A stretch of 63,905 nt of DNA, filler included, from Octopus bimaculoides (taxonomy: Eukaryota): the NCBI RefSeq assembly GCF_001194135.2. It is 6 parts of 6 records of this genome, joined end to end, with 100 filler letters (N's around TTAATTAATTAA, not from the genome) between each part and the next. Parts side by side here need not be neighbours in the genome. Positions count along the whole stretch, not along the records: positions 1 to 17,254 come from NC_068993.1; positions 17,355 to 22,804 come from NC_068995.1; positions 22,905 to 40,738 come from NC_068983.1; 3 more parts are not named here. One strand, given 5' to 3'. Below the pieces are notes generated by a model, which was given only the letters and a program-made list of their open reading frames with translations, had not been told where the DNA came from and searched no databases. Numbering within the stretch: position 1 is the stretch's first letter; every line of letters begins with the position of its first letter. A program made the position numbers and the translations under genes. Shown here one piece after another: positions 15,401 to 25,783 of the stretch.

Positions 15401-16432
15401 ATGAATATGAACTGAACTATAGGATAATTTTACACTAGTACTAAAACGGGCATAATAATGAAAGGGTCGCTTAATCGCTTGACCTAGCGATTTATCAACA
15501 AATTTATCAACAACTTTGGTTAAAACCTTCCGAAAATACATTCTTCGCTTTAGAACTCATTCATTAGATACACATGAGTTTTAATCTTAAAAACTTTATT
15601 CTAAAAGTAATTGGTGGACAAAGATCGAACAATTTCATGGGGGTTCCAGTGAGTAGTCTGTAATGTTTCTGCATAATTTCTTGATTAAAATAATCATATC
15701 ATAGGGCATGAAACAGCTGCAAAAGCTAATTAGGAAATTGTTATTTATAATGAGATTTGTGACAGATTAGCGAGACTGTTGTCGTCATTACAGCTTTCCC
15801 GCCTTTCGTTACAATCACATACAGCTTTCTTTATTTCTCTCTTATCTATTCTCTTTCTTTCACGCTTATTTACTTTATCGCTCGCACTGTCTTCTTCTCT
15901 CTCTGAAATATAAAATTTCCAATTCCAGAAAACTCTAGGCAGACAATAAATTTATAAAGTTTACTTAATATATATCAAAACTGAAAACAATATTTAATTT
16001 CCATATTTCTAATACTTTTCTATATTGTTGACACTATGAATGCAAATTACGGACATGTTATTCTAAGATTTAACCACACAAATATACACATCTACACATA
16101 TATGCACGAGTCTCTACGCATTATCCAATTTATCCTTCCTTGTTAATACATTACGTTGTCATTCCAGGCGACTAAGTTGTCATTCCAGGCGACTAAGTTT
16201 GTATTTCTAGTCGCCTAGACATTATGCGGACGTTGCTTCGGTAGTTTCTCCTCATTGGTTGTCTGAGTGTGTGTCTGAGTATGTGTCTGAGTATGTGTCT
16301 GAGTAGGTGTCGCCATCACCGTAAAAATTTGTAGACCACGTAGTCATATTTGGATCTCGTATGAAGTTGAAGACACTGAACCATAAAAAGCATAGATTAG
16401 AAGAATATTTATGACACTTCTATATATGCCAG

Positions 16433-16720
16433 GTGAAGGCGCGTGGCGTAGAGGTTATGATATTCGGCTTACGATCGTGAGTTCAATTCCTAGCCATGTG
16501 TTGTTCTGTCCTTGAGCAAGATACTATTTCATGTTGCTGCAGTCCATTCAGTTGGCAAAAATGAGTACGTTGAATCCCCCTGAGGACTCCGTTAAGGGTA
16601 TACGTGCTTGTGGAATGCTCAGGCGCTTGTACGTTAATTTCACAAGCGAGTTGTTACGTTGATCGGATCAACTGGAACCCGGGCCGTCGTAACAGATGGC
16701 GTGCCAGTAGTATATATGCC
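16433..16720 (+). mobile_element. tRNA-derived SINE (family C) with conserved central domain
   Basis: A box tggcgtagagg, B box gagttcaattcc, motif tgtccttgagcaagatact; second copy at about 60218-60520. Confidence 0.6.
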
Positions 16721-16964
16721 TGGTAACGTTGAAATTCCTCAATATAAGGATGGTTTTGATGTAATTGGTCATGACAGAAAAATATCTGATGGCATGGTTC
16801 GAAAATGGATGTCGACATTTTATGTTAGATTTCCATATACCGCTATACCGGGCATTTGCTAAACTCGACGTATCAATAACATCTAATTATCAGAGTAGTG
16901 TTTTCTAGATGGCAACTCTTAATTGCAGCATCTCAATGGTAGTTGGATACATAATTCTTTTATT

Positions 16965-17180
16965 CTTTTATTCTTTTACTTGTTTCAGTCATTTGACTGC
17001 AGCCATGCTGGAGCACCGTCTTAAAGTGTTCTTTAGTCGAAGAAATCGACCCTAGAACTTATTCTTTGTAAGCCTAGTACTTATTCTTTCGGTTTCTTTT
17101 GCCGAACCCTTAAGTTACGGAGTCGTAAACACACCAACATTGGTTGTCAAGTGATGCTGGGAAGACAAACACAAAGTCAT
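16965..17180 (-). mobile_element. SINE family B 3' half
   Basis: cttttacttgtttcagtcatttgactgcagccatgctggagcacc...ttggttgtcaagtgatg. Confidence 0.65.
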
Positions 17181-17254
17181 TCTTCTATCTCTCTTTCTTT
17201 CTCTTTCTTTCTTTCTCTTTCTTTCTTTCTCTTTCTTTCATTCTTTCTTTCTTT

Positions 17255-17354
17255 NNNNNNNNNNNNNNNNNNNNNNNNNNNNNNNNNNNNNNNNNNNNTT
17301 AATTAATTAANNNNNNNNNNNNNNNNNNNNNNNNNNNNNNNNNNNNNNNNNNNN
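17255..17354. other. Assembly join spacer (44 N + TTAATTAATTAA + 44 N)
   Basis: Identical 100-nt construct at five positions; the 12-mer gives stop codons in all six frames. Confidence 0.9.
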
Positions 17355-18110
17355 AAGTTGCCAAGTCGACTGAAGAAGGGAATAATATGCCCGATCCATA
17401 AAAGTGGAAGCGTAGCAGATGCCAAAAGTTATAGGCCTATTTCTCTGACTTTACACAAGCAAATCATGGGACAAATCGTCAGAGGGAAACTAATCATATT
17501 CCTCGAAGAAACGATTATCTGAATGATACCCAGCATGGTTTTCGACCAGTTAGGAGTCGCCTGATACAGACACTAAAGCACTACAACTGGATGCTGAAGC
17601 AGTTACTCAACAACTGAAATGTGGATGTAATATACCCTGACCTACAAAAGCTTTTGCTAAAGTATATCATAGTATGATATGCCACAAACTGGGCGATTTT
17701 GGAATAGCTGGAAACGTTGGAGAGTGGTTACATGACTTTCTGAACGATAGAACTCAGACAGTAGTGACCAATAGAACTACCTCAATGCAAACAGAGGTGG
17801 GAGAGATATTCAGGAATATACTGTCATTGAAAGCTGTACAAATGCCAGTATGGGTCACCACTGTACTTGTGCCAAATATCCCAACAGTACCGTTACGCTT
17901 CAGGACCATTTACTGCAACGGCCTGGGTTTCAAGGGCCCACACTTTTTAATATTCTCCCAAAGGACCTACACAAAGAGGATGTAGGTGTTTTTAAAATAA
18001 GATTGGATGTCTTCCTGTCGAGAGTCCTAGATGAACCTACATAGCAGTAGGAAGCGCAAATGAGAGAGAGCGACATCAAGATCCTTTATTCACCAAATGT
18101 CGCATATCAG
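17355..18110 (+). mobile_element. Decayed, internally deleted CR1/L2-type LINE (RT fragment plus 3' end)
   Basis: Frames read ICPIHKSG..SYRPISLT, QHGFR, DLQKAFAKVYHSMICHKL, WLHDFLNDRTQTVV, then jump to C-terminal FKGP..LFNILPKDL..FKIRLDVFLSRVLDEP; stops and frameshifts. Confidence 0.8.
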
Positions 18111-18981
18111 AAGACGTTCTCACTAATAATAGTGTAGCAAAATATGAGTGCCCCAGCATGGCCTCAGCTATGAGTTGCAACCGATAAAAAGAAAAGTGTT
18201 ATGTCAATCCGATAAAATTTTCACCCTTTGACCTTTCATTTATTTATTGTTAATTTGGAAGTGGCATATAAGGATAATATCCCGTGGAACCCCATAGGCG
18301 GTGGGAGGGAATGACAAAATGCCCATTTGCTTTGTCTATAAGATTAACAACATTCATTATGTAGTAAAGCTGATAAATCAAAAATAATTAATAAAGAGTC
18401 ATCATCTTCTGAATGGTTTTATATTTTATCAGTATATAAAAATTGACACTTTAAAGGATATCCTTTCTCTCTCTCTCTTTCTCTCTCTCTCTTTCTCTCT
18501 CTCTCTGTCTCTCTCTCTCTTTCTCTCTCTCTCTTTTTTCTCTCTCTCTCTCTCCCTCTTTCTCNNNNNNNNNNNNNNNNNNNNNNNNNNNNNNNNNNNN
18601 NNNNNNNNNNNNNNNNNNNNNNNNNNNNNNNNNNNNNNNNNNNNNNNNNNNNNNNNNNNNNNNNNNNNNNNNNNNNNNNNNNNNNNNNNNNNNNNNNNNN
18701 NNNNNNNNNNNNNNNNNNNNNNNNNNNNNNNNNNNNNNNNNNNNNNNNNNNNNNNNNNNNNNNNNNNNNNNNNNNNNNNNNNNNNNNNNNNNNNNNNNNN
18801 NNNNNNNNNNNNNNNNNNNNNNNNNNNNNNNNNNNNNNNNNNNNNNNNNNNNNNNNNNNNNNNNNNNNNNNNNNNNNNNNNNNNNNNNNNNNNNNNNNNN
18901 NNNNNNNNNNNNNNNNNNNNNNNNNNNNNNNNNNNNNNNNNNNNNNNNNNNNNNNNNNNNNNNNNNNNNNNNNNNNNNNNN

Positions 18982-19012
<31 letters not shown>

Positions 19013-19597
19013 AACACATATGCATATTTGTATATCATTCTATATTACAGAAATGCACCTGAACACGCCCACCTGCACACATATATACTTACATAGATAT
19101 GTACATACACAAACATGCAAGCGCGTGTACACACACAAACATAATATTCTAATGGGAAATCTAAAATTAATATCTATAACACAATACATGTTCTTTGCAA
19201 GCAAAACTAAACATTATGAAATAAAGTTTATTGTATCAATAACAAATATTGACTTATCGTAGTTCTGTAATATATCAAGTAGTTCTGGCTTCAAATAACC
19301 TATGAATCATATAGACACATAAATAGGTACTCAAAGGATAATGAAAAAGAATGCAAAACACAAAGAGACAGAAGGAGAATAGAATAGTGCAGCATATTTA
19401 AAAGCGTAAGATCTTAGTATAAATACCATCGATATCATCACTTATTACTACGTTACGACTTTGAACTGGAGATAGGTCGTTCACTAACGACACTCACATT
19501 ATACTCTATTGTAGTTGTGAACAAGATTTTATTTGATTATCTTCCACAAGAAAAACATAAGGTATTTGAGACGGTTCATATTTAAATGCCATTCCAT

Positions 19598-19635
19598 ATA
19601 TTTTCTTTCTCAAAATTTACACAGACATAAATAAA
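19598..19635 (+). promoter_or_regulatory. Possible 3' splice acceptor of a 5'-UTR intron just upstream of the receptor start
   Basis: Pyrimidine tract ttttctttct, then ...tttacacAG (ends 19624), then A-rich acataaataaa leading into the gap that probably hides the ATG. Motif only. Confidence 0.3.
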
Positions 19636-19646
19636 NNNNNNNNNNA

Positions 19647-21084
19647 ATCTTTGGTTTAACTTTAATGCTCATCGGAGTAAGGACAGAAAAAAAGACCTTA
19701 CTGGAAAAGTTATTTAAAGACTATCAGAAGTCTCAGAGACCCGTTTCAAGTGATGACGATATTTTATACGTAGATGTATCACTCGAAGTAAAGAACATTA
19801 TTGAATTTGATGTTGTAAAAGGTTTACTGACAAGTAATCTGATACTTGGATTATCGTGGAATGATGTTAATCTTCATTGGAATGAAGCAAGAGAAAACGT
19901 AAGTTATATTAAAACTGAATTAAAGCATGTGTGGTACCCTAACGTACAAATATGTAATAGCGCTTCAGGAAAATTCACATTTGATGAAGATACAGGAGTC
20001 ACGCTAACAAGTAATGGAAATACTTCTCTCTATATAGACAGAATTGTCAATACTTACTGCAAGGTTAACATTAATAAATATCCTTTTGATGAGCACGAAT
20101 GTGATATATCTGTTTGTTTTCGACACCAGATTAACACGGAAGAAACTTTAAATAATTTCGTGTACAACGTGACATATAATCCAACATATAATCAATGGGA
20201 GTATACATTTAAAGAAAAAGATATTTTAAAAGAGGGCATCATAACAGCCGGTGTTATAGTCCACAGCAAAAGAAAAATTTCTAGTGCGACAATAACCAGC
20301 ATTATACCCCCAATTATGTTAACATTATTAATCATATCTGTCTATCTATTACCAGCTGAATCTGGAGAGAAAGTTTCTGTTGCAATTACTGTTTTTCTCG
20401 CAAATATTGTTTTTCTTTCTGAAACTGAGAAAAAACTGGGAAACAATTCTCGTGAACCTTCTATATATTTAATATATCTTTTANNNNNNNNNNNNNNNNN
20501 NNNNNNNNNNNNNNNNNNNNNNNNNNNNNNNNNNNNNNNNNNNNNNNNNNNNNNNNNNNNNNNNNNNNNNNNNNNNNNNNNNNNNNNNNNNNNNNNNNNN
20601 NNNNNNNNNNNNNNNNNNNNNNNNNNNNNNNNNNNNNNNNNNNNNNNNNNNNNNNNNNNNNNNNNNNNNNNNNNNNNNNNNNNNNNNNNNNNNNNNNNNN
20701 NNNNNNNNNNNNNNNNNNNNNNNNNNNNNNNNNNNNNNNNNNNNNNNNNNNNNNNNNNNNNNNNNNNNNNNNNNNNNNNNNNNNNNNNNNNNNNNNNNNN
20801 NNNNNNNNNNNNNNNNNNNNNNNNNNNNNNNNNNNNNNNNNNNNNNNNNNNNNNNNNNNNNNNNNNNNNNNNNNNNNNNNNNNNNNNNNNNNNNNNNNNN
20901 NNNNNNNNNNNNNNNNNNNNNNNNNNNAATAGGAAACACAGATGAACCAAATATTGAGTCGAAAGATAAAATTCCTTCTAAGAAACGTCGAATAACATAT
21001 ATACAGCTAGACAAAATATTTTTGTTAGCAACTGTTTTGTTCCTTCTACTCTATATCGTTATTGCGTCATCAACCTCTGTTTAG
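19647..21084 (+). CDS. Atypical nicotinic acetylcholine receptor-like Cys-loop channel subunit (cephalopod chemotactile receptor family); no intron in the visible CDS; interrupted by two N gaps
   Basis: ORF 19665-20483 has RPV, SWND..LHWN, VWYP, Cys-loop C-x13-C (CKVNINKYPFDEHEC, 20058-20102), pre-M1 Arg, M1 (IIPPIMLTLLIISVYLLP), M2 (SGEKVSVAITVFLANIVFL) and the start of M3. After the 444-N gap a frame from 20929 reads IGNTDEPNIESKDKIPSKKRRITYIQLDKIFLLATVLFLLLYIVIASSTSV* (M4 with DK motif; TAG at 21082-21084, then TAA TGA). In-frame IFGLTL upstream of Met19665 looks like a signal peptide, so the true ATG is probably in the 10-N gap at 19636-19645. Confidence 0.9.
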
Positions 21085-21252
21085 TAATGAGAAATGAGAG
21101 GTAAATTTGGAATATATTTCATTACATTTATTCTGCACGAGATGAACTGAAAGACTACCTCACATTTAAAATATAAAAATAATCACCAAATATCGTTTAA
21201 TGCAGTACTATTGTACGAATATTTGAGTATTCTGTCATCATCTAATATATTT

Positions 21253-21258
21253 AATAAA
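21253..21258 (+). terminator. Candidate polyadenylation signal of the receptor gene
   Basis: First AATAAA about 170 nt after the stop codon; weak evidence in AT-rich DNA. Confidence 0.3.
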
Positions 21259-21847
21259 CACATGAAATTGCAGTTTCCATTGTTTTAATTGAACAGGAGT
21301 TTTAATTGAACAGGAGTTAACTGAAACAATAAATAAGCCATACAAATATGCAAACCATTGAACACATCAATTTACCATTTTATTGCACTTGAACTTGTTT
21401 ATTTCTCGAACATTCAGAAAATTTGATTGTATGGAGAATGCACTAAAAATGTCACTTATTTGGTGATAATAAGAATTCAACGTTGGACATCACCCGTTAA
21501 ATATAGAATTTATTTCAATAACTATCAGTTCACAGTGTTAAAGATGTTGTGTAAATTGTTCACTTTCTTTTCTTCCCTTTGGATTTGGAGGAAATCTTTT
21601 GTTGTAGTATGAGAATATTTGCGATTAATGTGGCATTAAATGTTGAGATAATTTATGAGAAACACATGAATATCTACTCTCTTTTCGCAAGTTGGATTAT
21701 TTCGGAATTCCTTAGATATATTTGTAGCCCACGTTCTTGGAATGTACTTGACAATAAACACACACATACACACACACATACACACAGACACACACGCACG
21801 CACACACGCNNNNNNNNNNNNNNNNNNNNNNNNNNNNNNNNNNNNNN

Positions 21848-21899
<52 letters not shown>

Positions 21900-22804
21900 T
21901 AAAATTCAATGTGAAAATGATATTATAAACTGAGGTAAACTGGACATGAAAGAATTTCTTTGCGAACTTTCCCACTAATATATTCGAATTGCACTAGATA
22001 TAATAATTTCGTTCTTTAAAGACATTACTCACTGTCAGTTATAACTCACGATTTTAACTTGAATTGAAGCTTATAATTTGTCTTATCTATTTTTCATACT
22101 GGTTTTTTACAGCCTTTATTGATGAATTCAATTCTTTCTCTTCAGTCGAAACGATTACTTTGCAAATGAAAGGCTGGAATTATATTGTGGATGAGATATA
22201 TTTTCCAATGGAATAAATTACGAAGGGTACATTTTACATATAAATTGACTAACACGTTATGACATTTCTTCGATTCCTAATCTTGAGAGTGTTTGAAGAT
22301 ATACGCAATTTCTAAACTTAGCCGCATACTTACAATTTAATTCTTCACGAATGTTACTCCTTTCCATGACCCGTAAATGTCATTCATATTTTACACCAAA
22401 TTACTGCTTTTACCATCAAAATCTACTTCATGTATCACAAGATCTACACAAGTATTGTGGCATAAAGTTTAACTCTTTGAATCACATTTTTTTACGTTAT
22501 GTCATGTATACCAAATATCATAAGAAACACTTGAGATGTTGGATGTCCTGCTAGTAAAAATTCGAATACCACCTTATGTGAAATTGTAAATGAGTAGAAC
22601 AAATGCATTCTGAATATAACAGAGGAGTTGCAATATCACCACCAAGCTAACATTCAAATGATTGTGGAATGAACTGCTACCAATACAATTCATAATTTTA
22701 CAATATTGCGTCTATCTCTCTTCATACGGAAAAAGGTATAACCATCCGGAATTATGTACACAATTATGATATACTATTAAAAAAGACGAATTTCCCACAA
22801 CTTG

Positions 22805-22904
22805 NNNNNNNNNNNNNNNNNNNNNNNNNNNNNNNNNNNNNNNNNNNNTTAATTAATTAANNNNNNNNNNNNNNNNNNNNNNNNNNNNNNNNNNNNNNNN
22901 NNNN
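22805..22904. other. Assembly join spacer
   Basis: Same construct, linker at 22849-22860. Confidence 0.9.
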
Positions 22905-23145
22905 GGGTGGCACATAAAAGACACCATTTCGAGCGTGGCCGTTTTCGTGCAGGTGACACGTAAAAGCACCTACTACACTCTCTGAGTGGTTGGCATTAGG
23001 AAGGGCATCCAGCTGTAGAAACTCTGCCAAATTTAGATTGGAGCCTGGTGTTGCCATCCGGTTTCACCAGTCCTCAGTCAAATCGTCCAACCCATGCCAG
23101 CATGGAAAGCGGACGTTAAACGATGATGATGATGATGATGATGAT
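22905..23145 (+). mobile_element. RTE LINE 3' UTR with (GAT)n tail, young copy
   Basis: About 96% identical by eye to the reverse complement of 42729-42951, which is attached to RTE ORF2; ends ggacgttaaac(gat)n. Confidence 0.8.
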
Positions 23146-23154
23146 GTATGTACA

Positions 23155-23360
23155 TATATCTGTGTTTGTCTCCCACCACAACTGTTGTTTGTGTATTTAC
23201 GCCCCTGTAACTTAGCAATGTGTCAAAAGTGACCAACAGAATGAGTACTAGGCTTTAAAGAAATAAGTCCTGGGGTCAGTTTGTTAAAGTAAAAGCATTC
23301 TAGGTGGTGCCCCAGCATGACCACAGTCAAATGGCTGAAAGAAGTAAAAGATAAAAGGTA
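23155..23360 (+). mobile_element. SINE family B 3' half, CpG-decayed
   Basis: Same tail as other copies, with CG changed to TG/CA. Confidence 0.6.
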
Positions 23361-24763
23361 GAAAAGTAGATCATGACTTTAGATATATTCTGTTCTACTC
23401 TAGGCAGAAGGCCTAACATTTTGGGGGCAAGGGGACAGTTGATTAGATCGATTCCAGTATGCAACTAGTACTTAATTTATTGACCCTGAAAGGATGAAAG
23501 GCAAAATCAACCACAGCATAATTTTAACTCAGAACAAAGACAGACAAAATACCACTAAGCATTTTGCTTGACATGCTAACTCTTCTGCCAGCATGCCACC
23601 TTCATGACTTCAGATATATTAACTTGCTTTAATGGGTATAGAACTTATTAACAGGTATCAGAACTTAGAACATCCATAAATATTTAGATAACATGTGTAA
23701 AACTCAGTTTGAAAAATCTTTGAACCAGTGTGAAATGCTTAAGATTTATGAGAGAGGAAAATAAGTCTGTTCACGCTTTTCTTTTTCTATTTTTATTCTG
23801 AAAGGGTACTATCAAATGAAATGAAGTGACAGGGCTACTTGTCAAAATTAACTCTGGTTCAAAGACTCAACTTGCCAGGAAATTACCTGTACTCCATGAT
23901 GCACAATACCCTAAGGGACAGTTATTAATGTTTGGCAGTGTTGAAAATGACATACAGATCTAGCAAATAATAAATTTAAATTAGGTGGCAGGATAAGTGT
24001 TAACGACGGTTGTAACAAAAATATATGCCACAAAGAAATATCAGGGTACTATTAAAACTTCTGAAAAAAAAACCTTATTCTTATTTCTGTGTGCAGCAAG
24101 CACCCTATATGAAGCATTTGTGAAAAGTATGAGCTTTTGTTAAAAGTGTAAGGACTGGGCACTAAATATAGGTCAGTAAATGTTGGAAACAAATAATGTG
24201 AATATGATCTGTTAGTTGAATGACATTGACATGCATGAAAATGTTTCTAATCCATGCAAACTTTAAGAAACAGATGTTAAAAAAACAATGATGCAGGAGA
24301 GAAAGGAATGATAGTGGATTAATACTCTGTATTCAATGCATTAGCATTCATCAATAAATAGTAAGTGTTCAATGTATTGGCATCTGTCAAAGTGTATTAC
24401 ACTAGATATCACATTAAGTACTGCTCCTGCCAAAACCAAATGATGAAGTGTCATGGGGTGGGGGGAAATGATTTGGAGGACTGACTGCAACCCATGCAGC
24501 AGATTACTTTTCTTTAAGGTTGAAATGTAAGCCCTAAGAAGAGTTAATATTACTATGTATTCTTAGTTATGATATTACAATAATTGTCAGAACAATATAA
24601 GCATACATCAGCCTGACTTCAGAGTGTAGGGCTTCAAATCTGATTATCTGTGACCTTGTAAGTAAGGATTACATCGAAGAAGAAATGGTCTATTATAAGT
24701 CATATGGACTGTGGAGGCAAATAGGTTTATCTATCTATCTGTTTGTCTGTCTATCTATATGTA

Positions 24764-25397
24764 TATATTAAAAGTCAGGATACAATGTGCACCTGTTTAC
24801 TAGAAAGAAGAGTTAAAACTCATGCATCTCTCACTATATGTAAACACACACAGAGAATGAAGCAAATATACTAAAAAAAAAAATTTTTTAACAATTGTCC
24901 CCATTTGTAAAACTACAAAGAGGAGAGTAGATATCCCAGTATCAGTTGATTTCACTTTCTGTGCTGAATTGACACTTAAAGCTCATCAGCTAGGCTTACT
25001 ATGCAAATTATTTTTTTAAATATACTCACAATTGCGTGTGCATCTGTTCAGCTGAAGGCCCAGCGACTTCCAAATGGACATTAGTGAGTAAGTATAAATT
25101 CAAAATTCAAATGAGTTATCATTATCTTTAAAAAATATTAATAGAATGGCCAGCAAATATAACCAAAATAGGCAAAATATATATTAAAAGTCAGGGTACA
25201 ATATGCATAGAAAATGAAATCAATTGATACTGAGATATCTAGCCTCCTCTTTGTGATTTTACAAATGGGGGCAGCTGTTTATTTTAGTATTTTGGCTACA
25301 TTCTCCGTGCATGTTTACATATTGTGAGAGATGCATGGCTTTGGAGAGTTTTAACTCTTCCTTCTAGTAAACAGGTACCTCGACTTTTGATATATAT
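24764..25397. repeat. Long imperfect inverted repeat (about 190-bp arms)
   Basis: 24764-24958 matches the reverse complement of 25210-25397 at roughly 80% by eye. Confidence 0.75.
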
Positions 25398-25742
25398 CTT
25401 ACTTATTTGGTTATGTTTGCTGGCCACTTTATCATTGTTTTTTCGAAGATAATAATAACACATTTGAATTTTGTGTGTGTATATATATATATAAATATAT
25501 GCGTATACACATACATACATACATGATAGATAGATAGATCGCTGACCACTACACATATTTTTTTCTCTCCTTTTTTTGTCTCCTTGGTTCTCCCCTTATT
25601 TCTTTCTGTGTTCCTTTCTGTTGAAGAGCGTAGGCTCGAAACATTAAAGACTTTCTCTATTCCCGAGCATTATACTAATACATCCATTTGTTGTGTACAC
25701 CACATGTCTTCGTCTGTTGTTTTTTTGTGAATTCTCCCATAC

Positions 25743-25783
<41 letters not shown>

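Noticed and set aside
17299-17310. TTAATTAATTAA palindrome, repeated five times, as a biological motif
   Set aside because: It is always centred in exactly 44+44 Ns and gives stops in six frames, so it is an assembly linker.
20484-20927. Apparent +1 frameshift between the two halves of the receptor CDS, suggesting a pseudogene
   Set aside because: The shift spans a 444-N gap of estimated length. Both flanks are stop-free and M4 is intact, so no disablement is shown.
23870-23930. Minus-strand PLGYC resembling the hexosaminidase C-terminus
   Set aside because: It lacks the preceding RGI.A.P motif and an in-phase acceptor.
24228-24259. Minus-strand LHGLETFSCM resembling hexosaminidase LRGLETFSQL
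   Set aside because: There is an in-frame stop just upstream and shortly downstream, no splice acceptor at the expected position within the Gly codon, and the conserved QL is absent. It is most likely chance.
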